Positions 46,874 through 56,314 of a stretch of 64,000 bases of DNA are shown piece after piece (within the stretch, counting starts at the first letter, position 1; each line of letters begins with the position of its first letter). The stretch spans positions 64,001 to 128,000 of IMG/VR virus record IMGVR_UViG_3300042374_001687, one strand, 5' to 3'. The position numbers and the translations under genes are program-made. The DNA comes from a virus. The notes beneath the pieces are model-generated. The model was given only the letters and a program-made list of their open reading frames with translations. It did no database searches and was not told the origin of the DNA.

Positions 46874-47550
46874 ATGTCAATTGTGACAGAATTGAAAGGC
46901 AGCGTGACGAGTACGAAAGAGCTCAAGATCGCTATGATTACCGAGGATACTAGTCTTTCAAGTAATTGAAAACGAACTACCCGGACGCGGCTGGTGGCGA
47001 TCCTTCTGTTAATCACTTGATAATAGTCCCAGGAAATTCTGATGGGCTCACGCAATTGATAAACGAAGATGGAGATGAATATGATGATCATTGTGTTAAA
47101 GGACTATCTGGTAGGGGTGCGATCGCGTTCCTGGTGATTGCAAGGGACGAAGCCCAGTATCTTTCTAATGAGGACGCAGAAGCCGTTGCCTTGAAGTTCT
47201 TGGAGGTCACGGGCGGATTTTCTTCGGTTCAAAACTACTCCGCGACCGGCGACAGTGCCTATGACTTGTCCCCGCAAGTTGTGAAGCAGGTCGGCGAAGG
47301 ATCCTTGGACGCGGCAATCGTGATGGTTGAAGGGGAGAGAGTTTCTCTCCAGAGAACAGGATATTACGAAGTCGTCAATTCTGAGGGCGGCAGAAAGGTC
47401 GTCGCGGTCAACGACGGAGAAACTTGGGACGACGCTCCCGAGACGCCGGAGGTGACGGACAATCCGAACGGACACCCCAGTTTCGGCGAGAACGACGTCT
47501 ACTCAATAACCGAGATGGTCATCCCCGTCGGCAATCCGCTGGCCAGGTGA
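46874..47550 (+). CDS. Virion-type protein with the shared C-terminal 'QRTGY..DGET' domain; apparently frameshifted near 46966
   Basis: The ATG 46874 frame stops at TGA 46967; the main ORF continues in the -1 frame from 46966. Confidence 0.55.
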
Positions 47551-47563
47551 TTTTTAAATATTG

Positions 47564-47607
47564 AAAAAGAAGGGCCGGGGGATTTTCCTCCGGCCCTTTT
47601 CTTTTTG
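47564..47607. terminator. Bidirectional intrinsic terminator
   Basis: aaaaagaagggccgggg...ctccggcccttttcttttt. Confidence 0.8.
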
Positions 47608-47676
47608 ATGGTGGGCTGCGCATTAAAACAATTTGCAGTTAGGTATATATCATGGAATATCAATTAAGGAGAAGAC

Positions 47677-49350
47677 ATGAGTTTGTATATTGTAGCCAAC
47701 ATAGATGGTAATGTTATTAGTTCTACTAACGGGATAGAGTGGTCTGCTCCTTTTGATACGGGAATTAGTATAGGGAAGGTGGCGGTAGGTCCAAATAAGA
47801 TAGTTTATGCGGCGACTAGCGGCGAGGGTGGCGAGGGTGGCGAGGGTGTTTCGTCTGGCTTGTTTTATGCGTCTAGTTGGAACTCAACGCCAATACAAGC
47901 AGAGGGAACAGAAAGTTATAGATTTAATGAAGTTCGTTATTTGGGAAATAAATTTGTAGCGGTGGGTCATACAACATCATCCCCAACAACTCCGGCGTTT
48001 GCATACAGCGAAGATGGAGAAAATTGGACAATAGGCGATATAGACCCAGCATATATTGCATTAGTAGGAAATGGAAATGATCTAGAATTTACGGATGTTG
48101 GCTACAATGGAGTGGGGTATTTTATAATTGGAATATTGGCGGGCGAGGGCGGAGAAAATGACAAGGCCGGGGGTTTCTACACAACGGATTTGACACAAGG
48201 GTTAAATGAAAGCAATTATGTAACCCCGGAAAATTTTCCAACCGACGCTAGACAACTCGTATTTGCTCAGTACGAGGGTGGCGAAAATTTCGGAGCATGG
48301 AGTGCATTTGCCGATGATAGTAAAACTTGGTGGTCAACATTTGATCAAGATCCCTCTCAACCTTGGAATTTCATACCGGGAGTTGATTTAAGTGAAACTC
48401 TTTTTGACAACGTAGGATTGCAAAATTTATCAATAGCCGAGGCGACAATTGGAACCCTAAATCATGAAGGAAGCTCATACGTAGTTTGGATGGTAAGCAC
48501 AACCAACGGTCAAATTATTTGGTGGCCTCACGTTCCTGCTGGACCTTTTGTTAGCGTTCCAAACCCTTATACCACTTCAATAGCCACTATAGAAAATTTA
48601 AATCCTTTGCAGATTACTTTTACAAGTAACGAAGAAACCGATAATAATGAAAAAATAACAGTTTCAAACTCTTCGGGACTCACAGATTTAGATGGAGTGT
48701 ATTTTATAAAAGAAATGGGTAGCGGAGTATATGAACTTCATGAAACCAAAGAACTAAATTCTCCAATTGATGCATCTGGTTGGGCCGGATCTTATGTCAA
48801 TAGTAGTGCAACTGCAACTTTGAGTCATGGAACTTATATAGATGCACTTGGTTATGGAGATGGTAAATTTTTTGCCGGCAATGATGACGAAGAGGTTTTT
48901 GTATGCTCGGAATTTAATGTTGGTGGAGAAAGTATTGGAGAATTAGTGTGGGTAGAAGTAGAAGATTTGAATGATAGTCTAGTGTATTGGAATGATATTG
49001 AATATGGAGATTTTGAAGGATGTGTAACAACTTATACTTACGACTTAAGCCCAGACAATCCGGAAACAATCCCTAATTATCGATATGGCGGAGAAGGAAA
49101 TATGGATACCGCAATCGTAGTTGGTGAAGACGGAACAAGAAGATCAATTCAAAGAACCGGATATTTTGATTACTTGGACGCTTGTGGAAATAGAAAAGTT
49201 ATGAGTGTTGATGACGGAGAAACGGTAACAGATGCCCCAGAAATTCCTGAGGCGGCGCCTAATTCAATTGGCCATCCTACTTTTGGACAAAACGACAATC
49301 CTTCCGTAACTAATCAGACCATCCCGACAGGCAATCCGCTCATGAATTAA
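47677..49350 (+). CDS. Acidic beta-propeller/BNR-like virion protein with the shared C-terminal domain
   Basis: Asp-box-like 'SSTNGIEW' and 'YSEDGENW'. The C-terminal ~100 aa is paralogous to 46966 and 60129. AAGGAG RBS and TATATA upstream. Confidence 0.65.
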   Translation: MSLYIVANIDGNVISSTNGIEWSAPFDTGISIGKVAVGPNKIVYAATSGEGGEGGEGVSSGLFYASSWNSTPIQAEGTESYRFNEVRYLGNKFVAVGHTTSSPTTPAFAYSEDGENWTIGDIDPAYIALVGNGNDLEFTDVGYNGVGYFIIGILAGEGGENDKAGGFYTTDLTQGLNESNYVTPENFPTDARQLVFAQYEGGENFGAWSAFADDSKTWWSTFDQDPSQPWNFIPGVDLSETLFDNVGLQNLSIAEATIGTLNHEGSSYVVWMVSTTNGQIIWWPHVPAGPFVSVPNPYTTSIATIENLNPLQITFTSNEETDNNEKITVSNSSGLTDLDGVYFIKEMGSGVYELHETKELNSPIDASGWAGSYVNSSATATLSHGTYIDALGYGDGKFFAGNDDEEVFVCSEFNVGGESIGELVWVEVEDLNDSLVYWNDIEYGDFEGCVTTYTYDLSPDNPETIPNYRYGGEGNMDTAIVVGEDGTRRSIQRTGYFDYLDACGNRKVMSVDDGETVTDAPEIPEAAPNSIGHPTFGQNDNPSVTNQTIPTGNPLMN

Positions 49351-50072
49351 TGTAGGATAATGGTTGATTGGCTAGTTTTAATCAAATCAACATAGGTTAA
49401 ATTCCAATTCAAAATACATTTTTCTTTATTTTCATAGCCAACAAAATCATTCAAAGCATCAAGTATTTGTTTGTCCTCAACATTTTTCAAATCAAATAAA
49501 AGCCTACAGTACTCTGCCATTTGTTGCTCTGATTCAAACACCCAAGGGCAAGGGCGATTTTCTATGCCAACCACTTCTAGATTGGCTGGGTAATTCACAT
49601 CGTTCCAATCGTAATAGTTGCCATGGTGTGAGCCAGTAGAGGTATTTGAGCCTACAAATTCATCAAGAAATTTTGAAATTGAACTGTCCAATGCCACATC
49701 TGCCAAATGGATAGTTCCATTTTCAAGCAAATGATCGTTCATATTGTGCAAAAATAGATAAAGGTCGTCAATGTGATGGGCCGCGGCCAAACAAACTATT
49801 CGGTTGACCGGTTTGACCGGCCATTTTTCATATGGGGAAACAACATCAATTCCGTTAATTGATTTTGAAAAGTCCAAACAAATAACGGTGTTTTCAACGC
49901 AATATTTTTGCAAATAGCCACCCAAAGCAGGAATGTCCAATATCGTTTCATTCATACCTAATGGAACTTTTGAAAAAAGTTGTAGAAACTCCATGTCGCG
50001 CACCCAAGGAAACCTTTTCATGGCGGAATCATATGATTCGCCTCTGTGTCTGAATATGCTCTCGTAGTTCAT
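49347..50072 (-). CDS. Class I SAM-dependent methyltransferase-like protein
   Basis: 'TILDIPALGGYL', 'RIVCLAAAHHI' and 'LLENGTIHLAD'. Confidence 0.7.
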   Translation of the reverse strand: MNYESIFRHRGESYDSAMKRFPWVRDMEFLQLFSKVPLGMNETILDIPALGGYLQKYCVENTVICLDFSKSINGIDVVSPYEKWPVKPVNRIVCLAAAHHIDDLYLFLHNMNDHLLENGTIHLADVALDSSISKFLDEFVGSNTSTGSHHGNYYDWNDVNYPANLEVVGIENRPCPWVFESEQQMAEYCRLLFDLKNVEDKQILDALNDFVGYENKEKCILNWNLTYVDLIKTSQSTIILH

Positions 50073-50677
50073 GTATTGCCTTTTATTTTTTTGATTTCCA
50101 TGCATGTTCTGCATCTTCCGCACTTCTTAATTTCATCTCCATAAATTGGGGTTCTACAACTCCAAGTCATTTTTATTAGTTCTTCTGGGAGCATTTCATA
50201 TATTTCTTCTTTAGTCATATCTCCAACGGGATATGTTTTTTCAACCCAAGGGGACAATGTTTTGAGTATTTTTGTCCCCCTATCGGCACGATCTAGTCCG
50301 CCGTCTGATTTGGTTCTTCCGATTGCCACCAATTCAATACTCTTAATGCTGAGGCATATTGTTCCTGCGATAAAGTTATACAAGTCACTATCCCACATAA
50401 AGTTGCCATCATGGCATGGGTATTCATGAAAACTATCGCTATAGGCAAAGTCTCTAATTTTTTTCATATATTTGACTATGTCTAAAACCGCTTTACTCTC
50501 TGCTTCGGCTCGATTTTCTTTGTTTTGCAAATGAAGATGATGAACATGGAGTGGTTCTTTGGTGTTCATTATTAGTTTCCAAAACGCACCGGTAGAATCC
50601 AATCCCCCTGAGAACATGATCAATATTTTTGGCTTCAAGATAATGCCCCTCGGAGCGTGGGTCAATTTTTCGTCCAT
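50069..50677 (-). CDS. QueC-like PP-loop ATPase (paralog 1)
   Basis: 'MFSGGLDST' PP-loop and the Zn cluster 'WSCR....CGRCRTC'. Confidence 0.75.
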   Translation of the reverse strand: MDEKLTHAPRGIILKPKILIMFSGGLDSTGAFWKLIMNTKEPLHVHHLHLQNKENRAEAESKAVLDIVKYMKKIRDFAYSDSFHEYPCHDGNFMWDSDLYNFIAGTICLSIKSIELVAIGRTKSDGGLDRADRGTKILKTLSPWVEKTYPVGDMTKEEIYEMLPEELIKMTWSCRTPIYGDEIKKCGRCRTCMEIKKIKGNT

Positions 50678-50767
50678 GGAGGTATATATCCACAACGAAT
50701 CAAGGGAGTAAGCCGGCTGGCAATGCGAACATAAAAGATTTGAGAAGCACCATTTGGAAACATTGGA

Positions 50768-51397
50768 ATGGAAAGACCTGACACGCTGATCATGTTCTCC
50801 GGCGGACTTGACTCCACCGGGGTCTTCTGGAAGCTCATAAAATCAACAAAAAAACTCCATGTTCATCATCTGTATCTGGTCAACAAGGAGAACAGGGCGA
50901 AGGCCGAAGACAGAGCCGTTAGTGCTATCGTCGCCTACATGAAGAACATAAGGGAATTCGGATACTCGGAAAGCTATCACGAGTATCCTTCCTATAACGG
51001 CAACTTCATCTTTGACAGCGACATCTTCTCATTCATGGCGGGCTCCATATGCCTCAGCACGAAGACCATCAGAGAAGTGGCAATAGGCATGACCGCGTCC
51101 GACATGGGGTCTGGTCTGTCGGAGCGGGTGAATAGGGCGAACAAGATATTTGAGTCGTTCGGGACGAAGGCCCAAAAGGTCTATCCTCTGATGGACATGA
51201 CAAAGAAACAGATATATGAAATGCTCCCCGAGGACCTCCGCAACATGAGTTGGAGCTGTCGTACGCCGATCTACGAAGGTGATGAAATCAAGGAATGCGG
51301 AAGGTGCAGGACATGCAGGGAAATTAAGTTAATTGTCCCACACGACGATGGCAATGTCGGCTTGGGTGGGGATGACCCTACTCGCCCCGGGGAATGA
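50768..51397 (+). CDS. QueC-like PP-loop ATPase (paralog 2)
   Basis: Same motifs, and co-linear with paralog 1 along its length. Confidence 0.75.
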   Translation: MERPDTLIMFSGGLDSTGVFWKLIKSTKKLHVHHLYLVNKENRAKAEDRAVSAIVAYMKNIREFGYSESYHEYPSYNGNFIFDSDIFSFMAGSICLSTKTIREVAIGMTASDMGSGLSERVNRANKIFESFGTKAQKVYPLMDMTKKQIYEMLPEDLRNMSWSCRTPIYEGDEIKECGRCRTCREIKLIVPHDDGNVGLGGDDPTRPGE

Positions 51398-51772
51398 GGT
51401 CGGAAAGTGGGTCGCGTACTTCATGCCGCACATTTTTTTCAGAAAGACCCTACACACGAGCAGATCGCACTTATCCAGCAGCTTGGGCACTACTTCCATT
51501 CCGGCAAGGTTGAGGATTCCGTCGCCGATTATGGCTTCGGCAAGACACTCGAAGCTGTACCAGTCCGACTTAATGACCGGCTTTGGCTGGGGTATGGGGT
51601 TTAGATCCACCATGTAGTCGCAGATGTGTATGAGTTGCTTGGTCATGCCTAAGAGGCACACGGGCCCTTTGTCCTTCACGATGGACTCGTACAGCTCCAC
51701 CTCGTTAGGGTTCGGGCACAAGGGAGGCTCAAGATTCTGCCAGTGGTTGGTATCTTCAATCAGTTTGTTCAT
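51329..51772 (-). CDS. Small methyltransferase-fold-like protein
   Basis: 'VCLLGMTKQL', 'VIKSDW' and 'IIGDGILN' resemble a truncated Rossmann MTase. Confidence 0.45.
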   Translation of the reverse strand: MNKLIEDTNHWQNLEPPLCPNPNEVELYESIVKDKGPVCLLGMTKQLIHICDYMVDLNPIPQPKPVIKSDWYSFECLAEAIIGDGILNLAGMEVVPKLLDKCDLLVCRVFLKKMCGMKYATHFPTSFPGASRVIPTQADIAIVVWDN

Positions 51773-51795
51773 TTTGTTTTGGCCTTGTGTTTGGG

Positions 51796-52170
51796 CTAGG
51801 AAACTTTTCCTTTCCATACGGCTCCGAGCGAGGACAGATCCTTGGAGTGGGCTATTGATTCAAATCCTTGCCTAGCACGGTCGAGAAGGCTCCTTGCCAA
51901 GCCCTGTTTCCTGTATTCCGGTAAAGTGTAAACATTTGCTATTTGTCCGTTGATTCCGTCCTTGGATACGATCTGGAGGGCGCTGACAGGCTTGCCGTCA
52001 ATGTAGTGGACATACCGGTACGAGCCGTGAGGCGAAAGGAACTTGACGGATCCGTCGGCCTCCCTCCCGACTTGTTTTTCTGGGCCGATCTGAGGTATGG
52101 TTCCGGCCGGGCCGAGGAGATATAACAGATCCGGCTCGCCAGATTCTGCAAGCCATATTTTAAAATTCAT
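51796..52170 (-). CDS. GNAT acetyltransferase with capsid-targeting-like N-terminus (MNFKIWLAE)
   Basis: Motif A 'IANVYTLPEYRKQGLARSL'. Confidence 0.8.
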   Translation of the reverse strand: MNFKIWLAESGEPDLLYLLGPAGTIPQIGPEKQVGREADGSVKFLSPHGSYRYVHYIDGKPVSALQIVSKDGINGQIANVYTLPEYRKQGLARSLLDRARQGFESIAHSKDLSSLGAVWKGKVS

Positions 52171-52175
52171 GAAGG

Positions 52176-52185
52176 TATCTAGATA
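52176..52185. promoter_or_regulatory. Palindromic TATCTAGATA putative bidirectional late promoter
   Basis: Lies between divergent genes 52170(-) and 52225(+). Identical to 16464-16473. Confidence 0.55.
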
Positions 52186-52224
52186 TTTGATTTTTAAAAC
52201 CTAGATATGGTCTGGAGGTTGAAT

Positions 52225-52593
52225 ATGAAGAGTTTTTACGAAATGATGAAGTTGATAGAGGAGGATCTGGGTCTGGGCGATCAGCAAGCCCCAATGGTGG
52301 CACAAGACCAGCCGGCTCCCGAGGCGGCCGGACAAGAGGGCCAAGAGACACCCGACCAAGCCGCCGCTCAACCTTCGGATCAAGAAAAGCCTAAGCACTA
52401 CATGTTCTTTTCCAACTTGAAGGTCATAAAGAACATGGCAGAAGAGATGCTTTCCATGGATCCCTCTCAAGTTGACGCCCTCCTAGACGACGGTCACGAC
52501 TGGGCTTCGGATCATGTTGCGACGAGCAAGGATGATGTGGAAGAAGTTTGCAATTGGCTCAAAAGCAACATGGAAGGCTCTAATCAAGGATGA
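52225..52593 (+). CDS. Acidic protein with capsid-targeting-like N-terminus (MKSFYEMMKLIEE)
   Basis: GGAGG RBS; C-terminal 'HDWASDHVATSKDDVEEV' helical domain. Confidence 0.65.
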   Translation: MKSFYEMMKLIEEDLGLGDQQAPMVAQDQPAPEAAGQEGQETPDQAAAQPSDQEKPKHYMFFSNLKVIKNMAEEMLSMDPSQVDALLDDGHDWASDHVATSKDDVEEVCNWLKSNMEGSNQG

Positions 52594-53291
52594 AAAGTTT
52601 CAAGAGTTGGCTGCTGGAGGTCGTGACCCAGGAAGAATTCGGCGAGGAAAACAACAGCAGCAAGAAGGAGATGGTAGTTCTAGTCGGACCGCCGGCGGTT
52701 GGGAAAAGCACATTCATCAAGAGCAAATTTCCTCCGGGAGATGTTTTCTTGGTGAGCCGCGACGACATCGTGGACGATGTCGCGGGTTCCTTGGGTATGA
52801 CCTACGATGATATGTTTGAAATGCCCCCAGAGAGCTCGGCAATTGGGTCCATGGTTCCCGGCAAGGAAAAGTTCGGAGTCGTCTTGGCCGCTCCGCAATG
52901 GATGAGGTGGACGACAAAGGTTTACTCTAAAATCCAAGAGGCAAACAATTCCATAAATGGAAGGCTGGAGGAGCGCTTCAAAAGGGCGGTAGATTCGGGA
53001 AAACATGTGGTCGTGGATATGACCAACATGACAGTCGGCGCCAGACGGGGGGCTTTGAAATATATACACGGAAAGGATTTCTTTAGGAGAGCAGTCGTCT
53101 TTACCCTCCAAGAGTCGGACATTCCCGAACTCTTGCGCAGGATGAGATCAAGAAGCGATCAGATCAAGGCTAACGGCGGATCCAAGACCATAGGCGACGA
53201 TGTAGTGGCCAGGATGATCAAGAGTTTTCAGAAAATAGGCCCCGAAGAGGGATTTGACAAGGTAGATACTTTTAATTCATTCTCGCCTTGA
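52590..53291 (+). CDS. P-loop kinase (AAA_33 / polynucleotide-kinase-like) with capsid-targeting-like N-terminus (MKSFKSWLLE)
   Basis: 'LVGPPAVGKST', 'VSRDD', 'VVVDMTNMT...RR' and lid 'LLRRM..R'. Confidence 0.8.
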   Translation: MKSFKSWLLEVVTQEEFGEENNSSKKEMVVLVGPPAVGKSTFIKSKFPPGDVFLVSRDDIVDDVAGSLGMTYDDMFEMPPESSAIGSMVPGKEKFGVVLAAPQWMRWTTKVYSKIQEANNSINGRLEERFKRAVDSGKHVVVDMTNMTVGARRGALKYIHGKDFFRRAVVFTLQESDIPELLRRMRSRSDQIKANGGSKTIGDDVVARMIKSFQKIGPEEGFDKVDTFNSFSP

Positions 53292-53325
53292 TTTATTTTA
53301 AAGTTCATGGTATATTTTTGCTACT

Positions 53326-54213
53326 ATGAACACTATAAAATTAGAAAATCGGATGTTCGGCCATGTTGAATCGGCGGAAGATGTGGAAAAGGGCGCTCAC
53401 CTCAACCATTTCTTGAATGTCCGCACCACGAATGGCTTCTTGTCCGTCAAGTACTGGAACATGAAGAATCGCGATCTTTTTCCGGTCGTCGGAGATCTAG
53501 TGGAGCTCAAGATGAAGGATCTTGAGGAGGCCCAGGCTGAGCTGGACAAATGGAGGAGTTTGAGCTTGGACTCCAAGAGCGGGCGGTCTTATTTTTGCGA
53601 CATATCCATACTGAATGAGGAGGATGTTCCAGAGGATGTTAGAAAAAAGATAAAGAGGGACAGGACAAAGCAGAAAATTCGGGCGTTGGAGATCATCAAG
53701 GACGATTCTTATTGGAAGGACAAGAACCTCCATAGTTTCTTGATGAACTTCTTCAAGAAAGAGATGGAGAGGTTCGCGAGCGTCCCTGCGGCGATCAAGA
53801 ATCATCACGCGTACAAAAGCGGTCTTTTTATACATACTGCTCATGTGTTTAGTTTGTGCCAAGGTGTAGTGAACAATCCCATGAAGGAATTTGACGAGGT
53901 GGATTCGGATGTTCTTTACATGGCAGCTTGGTTCCACGACATGGGAAAGATGGATGTTTATTCCATGGATGGAGAGGCTCCCAAGATGAATTTTGACAAG
54001 GAGAACATGTTCGGCCACATCGTGTTGTCCGACCGCATTTTCAGGAAGGCGGCCGAGGAAGCCGGTTTGGATTCAAAGTTTATCGATGCCGTTAGCCACT
54101 GCATTCTTTCACACCACCAGATGAGGGAGTGGAATGCGGTCGTCGAGCCGGTTACGAACGAGGCGCACATTCTCTGCAGGGCTGATGGAATTAGTTCAAG
54201 AATATCGGAATAG
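53326..54213 (+). CDS. HD-domain 3'-5' exonuclease, YhaM/Cbf1-like
   Basis: 'PAA..NHHAYKSGL..HT', 'FHDMGK', 'GHI', 'ILSHH' and 'ADGISS', with an OB-like N-terminus. Sigma70-like TTGATT-TATATT upstream. Confidence 0.85.
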   Translation: MNTIKLENRMFGHVESAEDVEKGAHLNHFLNVRTTNGFLSVKYWNMKNRDLFPVVGDLVELKMKDLEEAQAELDKWRSLSLDSKSGRSYFCDISILNEEDVPEDVRKKIKRDRTKQKIRALEIIKDDSYWKDKNLHSFLMNFFKKEMERFASVPAAIKNHHAYKSGLFIHTAHVFSLCQGVVNNPMKEFDEVDSDVLYMAAWFHDMGKMDVYSMDGEAPKMNFDKENMFGHIVLSDRIFRKAAEEAGLDSKFIDAVSHCILSHHQMREWNAVVEPVTNEAHILCRADGISSRISE

Positions 54214-54228
54214 CCGAGGTCAACTAAT

Positions 54229-54266
54229 AAAAAACAGCACGGGCCGCGTTTCCGCGGCCCGTGCAT
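54229..54266. terminator. Intrinsic terminator between convergent genes
   Basis: gcacgggccgcg-tttc-cgcggcccgtgc with an A-tract. Confidence 0.8.
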
Positions 54267-54274
54267 CTGGAAGA

Positions 54275-54754
54275 TCACTCGGACTTTATTTTTAACTTCT
54301 TAGTTTGAACTAGTTCTTGCTTTTGCTGGGTGGTCTTGAAGGACAGCCGCAGCACGCCGTCTTTAAGTGTAGCCTCAGGCTCTTCCTCGGTGACGTCCTC
54401 CGGGAGGCGTATCACCCTTCTGAACTCCCTGCTGGAGAGCTCTCTGATGGCGTAACTGTCTTCTTGGTGGGTGTATTCCTCAGAGAGCCTTCCCGAAACG
54501 GTGAGTATTCTCCCTTGGTCGTCGCGTGTCACCTCCACATCAAGGTCGTCCAGTTTGACGCCGGGCACGGTATATTGCAGCGTTAGAACTCCGTCGCCTT
54601 GGATGGCGTCCATGAGTGGGTAGCCCTTGGACTTTTTGCCGGCAAAGAACGGCGCAGCAAATACCTCATTGAACATTTGATCAAGTTCCCTACTTACTTC
54701 AGAGAACAGATCTACCCTTCTCGGAGAAAGAGCGTTGGTTCTTATCAAATTCAT
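54275..54754 (-). CDS. Small heat-shock protein Hsp20
   Basis: 'YPLMD', 'VPGV...DLDV', 'LTVSG', 'REL..REFRR.I.LP' and 'ATLKDGVLRL'. AGGAGG RBS. Confidence 0.92.
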   Translation of the reverse strand: MNLIRTNALSPRRVDLFSEVSRELDQMFNEVFAAPFFAGKKSKGYPLMDAIQGDGVLTLQYTVPGVKLDDLDVEVTRDDQGRILTVSGRLSEEYTHQEDSYAIRELSSREFRRVIRLPEDVTEEEPEATLKDGVLRLSFKTTQQKQELVQTKKLKIKSE

Positions 54755-54900
54755 ATATCCTCCTGTTACAACTTTTAAAGTTTAACAACTATCAACATTT
54801 GGCCCGCCAACGAGGCGGCGTCAAATTGGCCTTCCGTGAGTGGACTGGCCGAAAATATTATAGTAAAATCAAAGCCGCATTTTATGGCATAAATATTCGG

Positions 54901-55356
54901 ATGATTGAAATAAGACCCATTAAGCCGGATGAGATCGAGGCCGTGGAGGAGATTGGCACGGCGTCGTATCCGATGAATTACTACGAGGGAAGCGATTCTT
55001 TCCGATCCAAGATACACGGAAGTCCGGAGGGGTGTTTCGCGGGCTTCGTAGGAGGGGAACTAGCGGGGTATGTAATAACCTTCCCTTATTTTTCGGGAAA
55101 GCCCTATCCTATAGACGAGGTCTATGTGCCCGTATTCGGAGCCGACTGCCGGTATGTGCATGACTTGTGCGTTGCTGACTGGGCCAGAGGGGCGGGGCTG
55201 GGAGAGGCTATGGCGGAGGTTGTCTTGAGGAAGCCTGGGGTCGTGGCGTTGACGACGGTGATGGGCTCGGAGAGCTTCTGGGAGAACTTCGGATTCGAGC
55301 GGATTTTTGAATTTGATTATTATGGGAGAGGCGCGACCTACATGGTGCGCCCTTGA
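54901..55356 (+). CDS. GNAT acetyltransferase
   Basis: 'YVHDLCVADWARGAGLG' and 'FWENFGF'. Confidence 0.8.
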   Translation: MIEIRPIKPDEIEAVEEIGTASYPMNYYEGSDSFRSKIHGSPEGCFAGFVGGELAGYVITFPYFSGKPYPIDEVYVPVFGADCRYVHDLCVADWARGAGLGEAMAEVVLRKPGVVALTTVMGSESFWENFGFERIFEFDYYGRGATYMVRP

Positions 55357-55997
55357 CGGATTATGGTGAGTTGAGGTTTGTGGCCGGTCGTGTTCATGAT
55401 GTTGCTCTTTAGTTGTTCGAGATCTTTCTTGTTTGACCGAGCAACTCGTTCGTCCATCATCTTTCCAAAGAAGAAGGGTATGGTCTTCCTTACCTTGAGT
55501 TCGCTTTTTATTGAAACATGCGTTCTTTCGGCCAATCCGCCTTGCTCCACGGACGGACTGACTTCTATCGTTCTTTGGCAAGATGCAATATGTTCTTGAG
55601 GAGAGACAAGTCTGGTGTTTATGGACAAGATTTGATCGTCCAAGTGCATCTCTTGAACGAACGGAAGTTCAAGATGGCCAAGGTCGGGATCCTTTTTCTC
55701 CACCGTGAACTTCATTGTCCCCTCTAGCTTGTATTCTCGGATCCTCAGTATCCTTCTGGGGACTTCCACTTGAAAACTATCCCAGTTCTTATTCTTCACC
55801 ACGCCGTCATTTTCCTCAACGATCTTTTCCAGAGAGTTTTTAGAAGCCAGCCCTTTAATTACGAGGAGGTATGGGCTTTCAATGACAAAATCCGAGGTCT
55901 CCACACTTTCGGACTCGTGAACCTTCAAGCAAAAATATCCTGCTGTGAATAGCAGAGCGATCAATGCGGCCAATCCAACTGCGATTTTTTTCATCAT
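55338..55997 (-). CDS. Membrane-anchored/exported hypothetical protein
   Basis: N-terminal signal/TM segment. Confidence 0.6.
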   Translation of the reverse strand: MMKKIAVGLAALIALLFTAGYFCLKVHESESVETSDFVIESPYLLVIKGLASKNSLEKIVEENDGVVKNKNWDSFQVEVPRRILRIREYKLEGTMKFTVEKKDPDLGHLELPFVQEMHLDDQILSINTRLVSPQEHIASCQRTIEVSPSVEQGGLAERTHVSIKSELKVRKTIPFFFGKMMDERVARSNKKDLEQLKSNIMNTTGHKPQLTIIRQGRTM

Positions 55998-56155
55998 GGT
56001 TTAACTTAGTGTCCTGTTGGAATTGTTTGCGACAAGGCGGCTTTGGGCCGTTTTGGGCGGAAAAACAAGGCAGCGCCGGATTTCAAGGGCCGTTTTCGTT
56101 TCTGGTTTACAGTCGGGAAAAGTCGGACTACAATCTTCCAGAAGGAGAAACATCC

Positions 56156-56311
56156 ATGCAAAATGAACTCTGGGAAGTCTTGAAGAATGACCCCATGATG
56201 CTCAGGGAGTTCGTGGATATCCATAAAAACATGACACTCTGGCAGAGGTTCTCTTACGGCATTTCCTTGGGCTGGTGGAGATTCAAAATGAAGTTTGGAC
56301 TCACTAGATAG
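56156..56311 (+). CDS. Small hypothetical protein (51 aa)
   Basis: AAGGAG RBS before ATG 56156. Confidence 0.5.
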   Translation: MQNELWEVLKNDPMMLREFVDIHKNMTLWQRFSYGISLGWWRFKMKFGLTR

Positions 56312-56314
56312 TGC

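Noticed and set aside
50069-51397. Complete 7-deazaguanine DNA-modification cluster
   Set aside because: Only QueC-like genes are present, with no folE, queD, queE or dpdA in the window, so gene symbols were not assigned.
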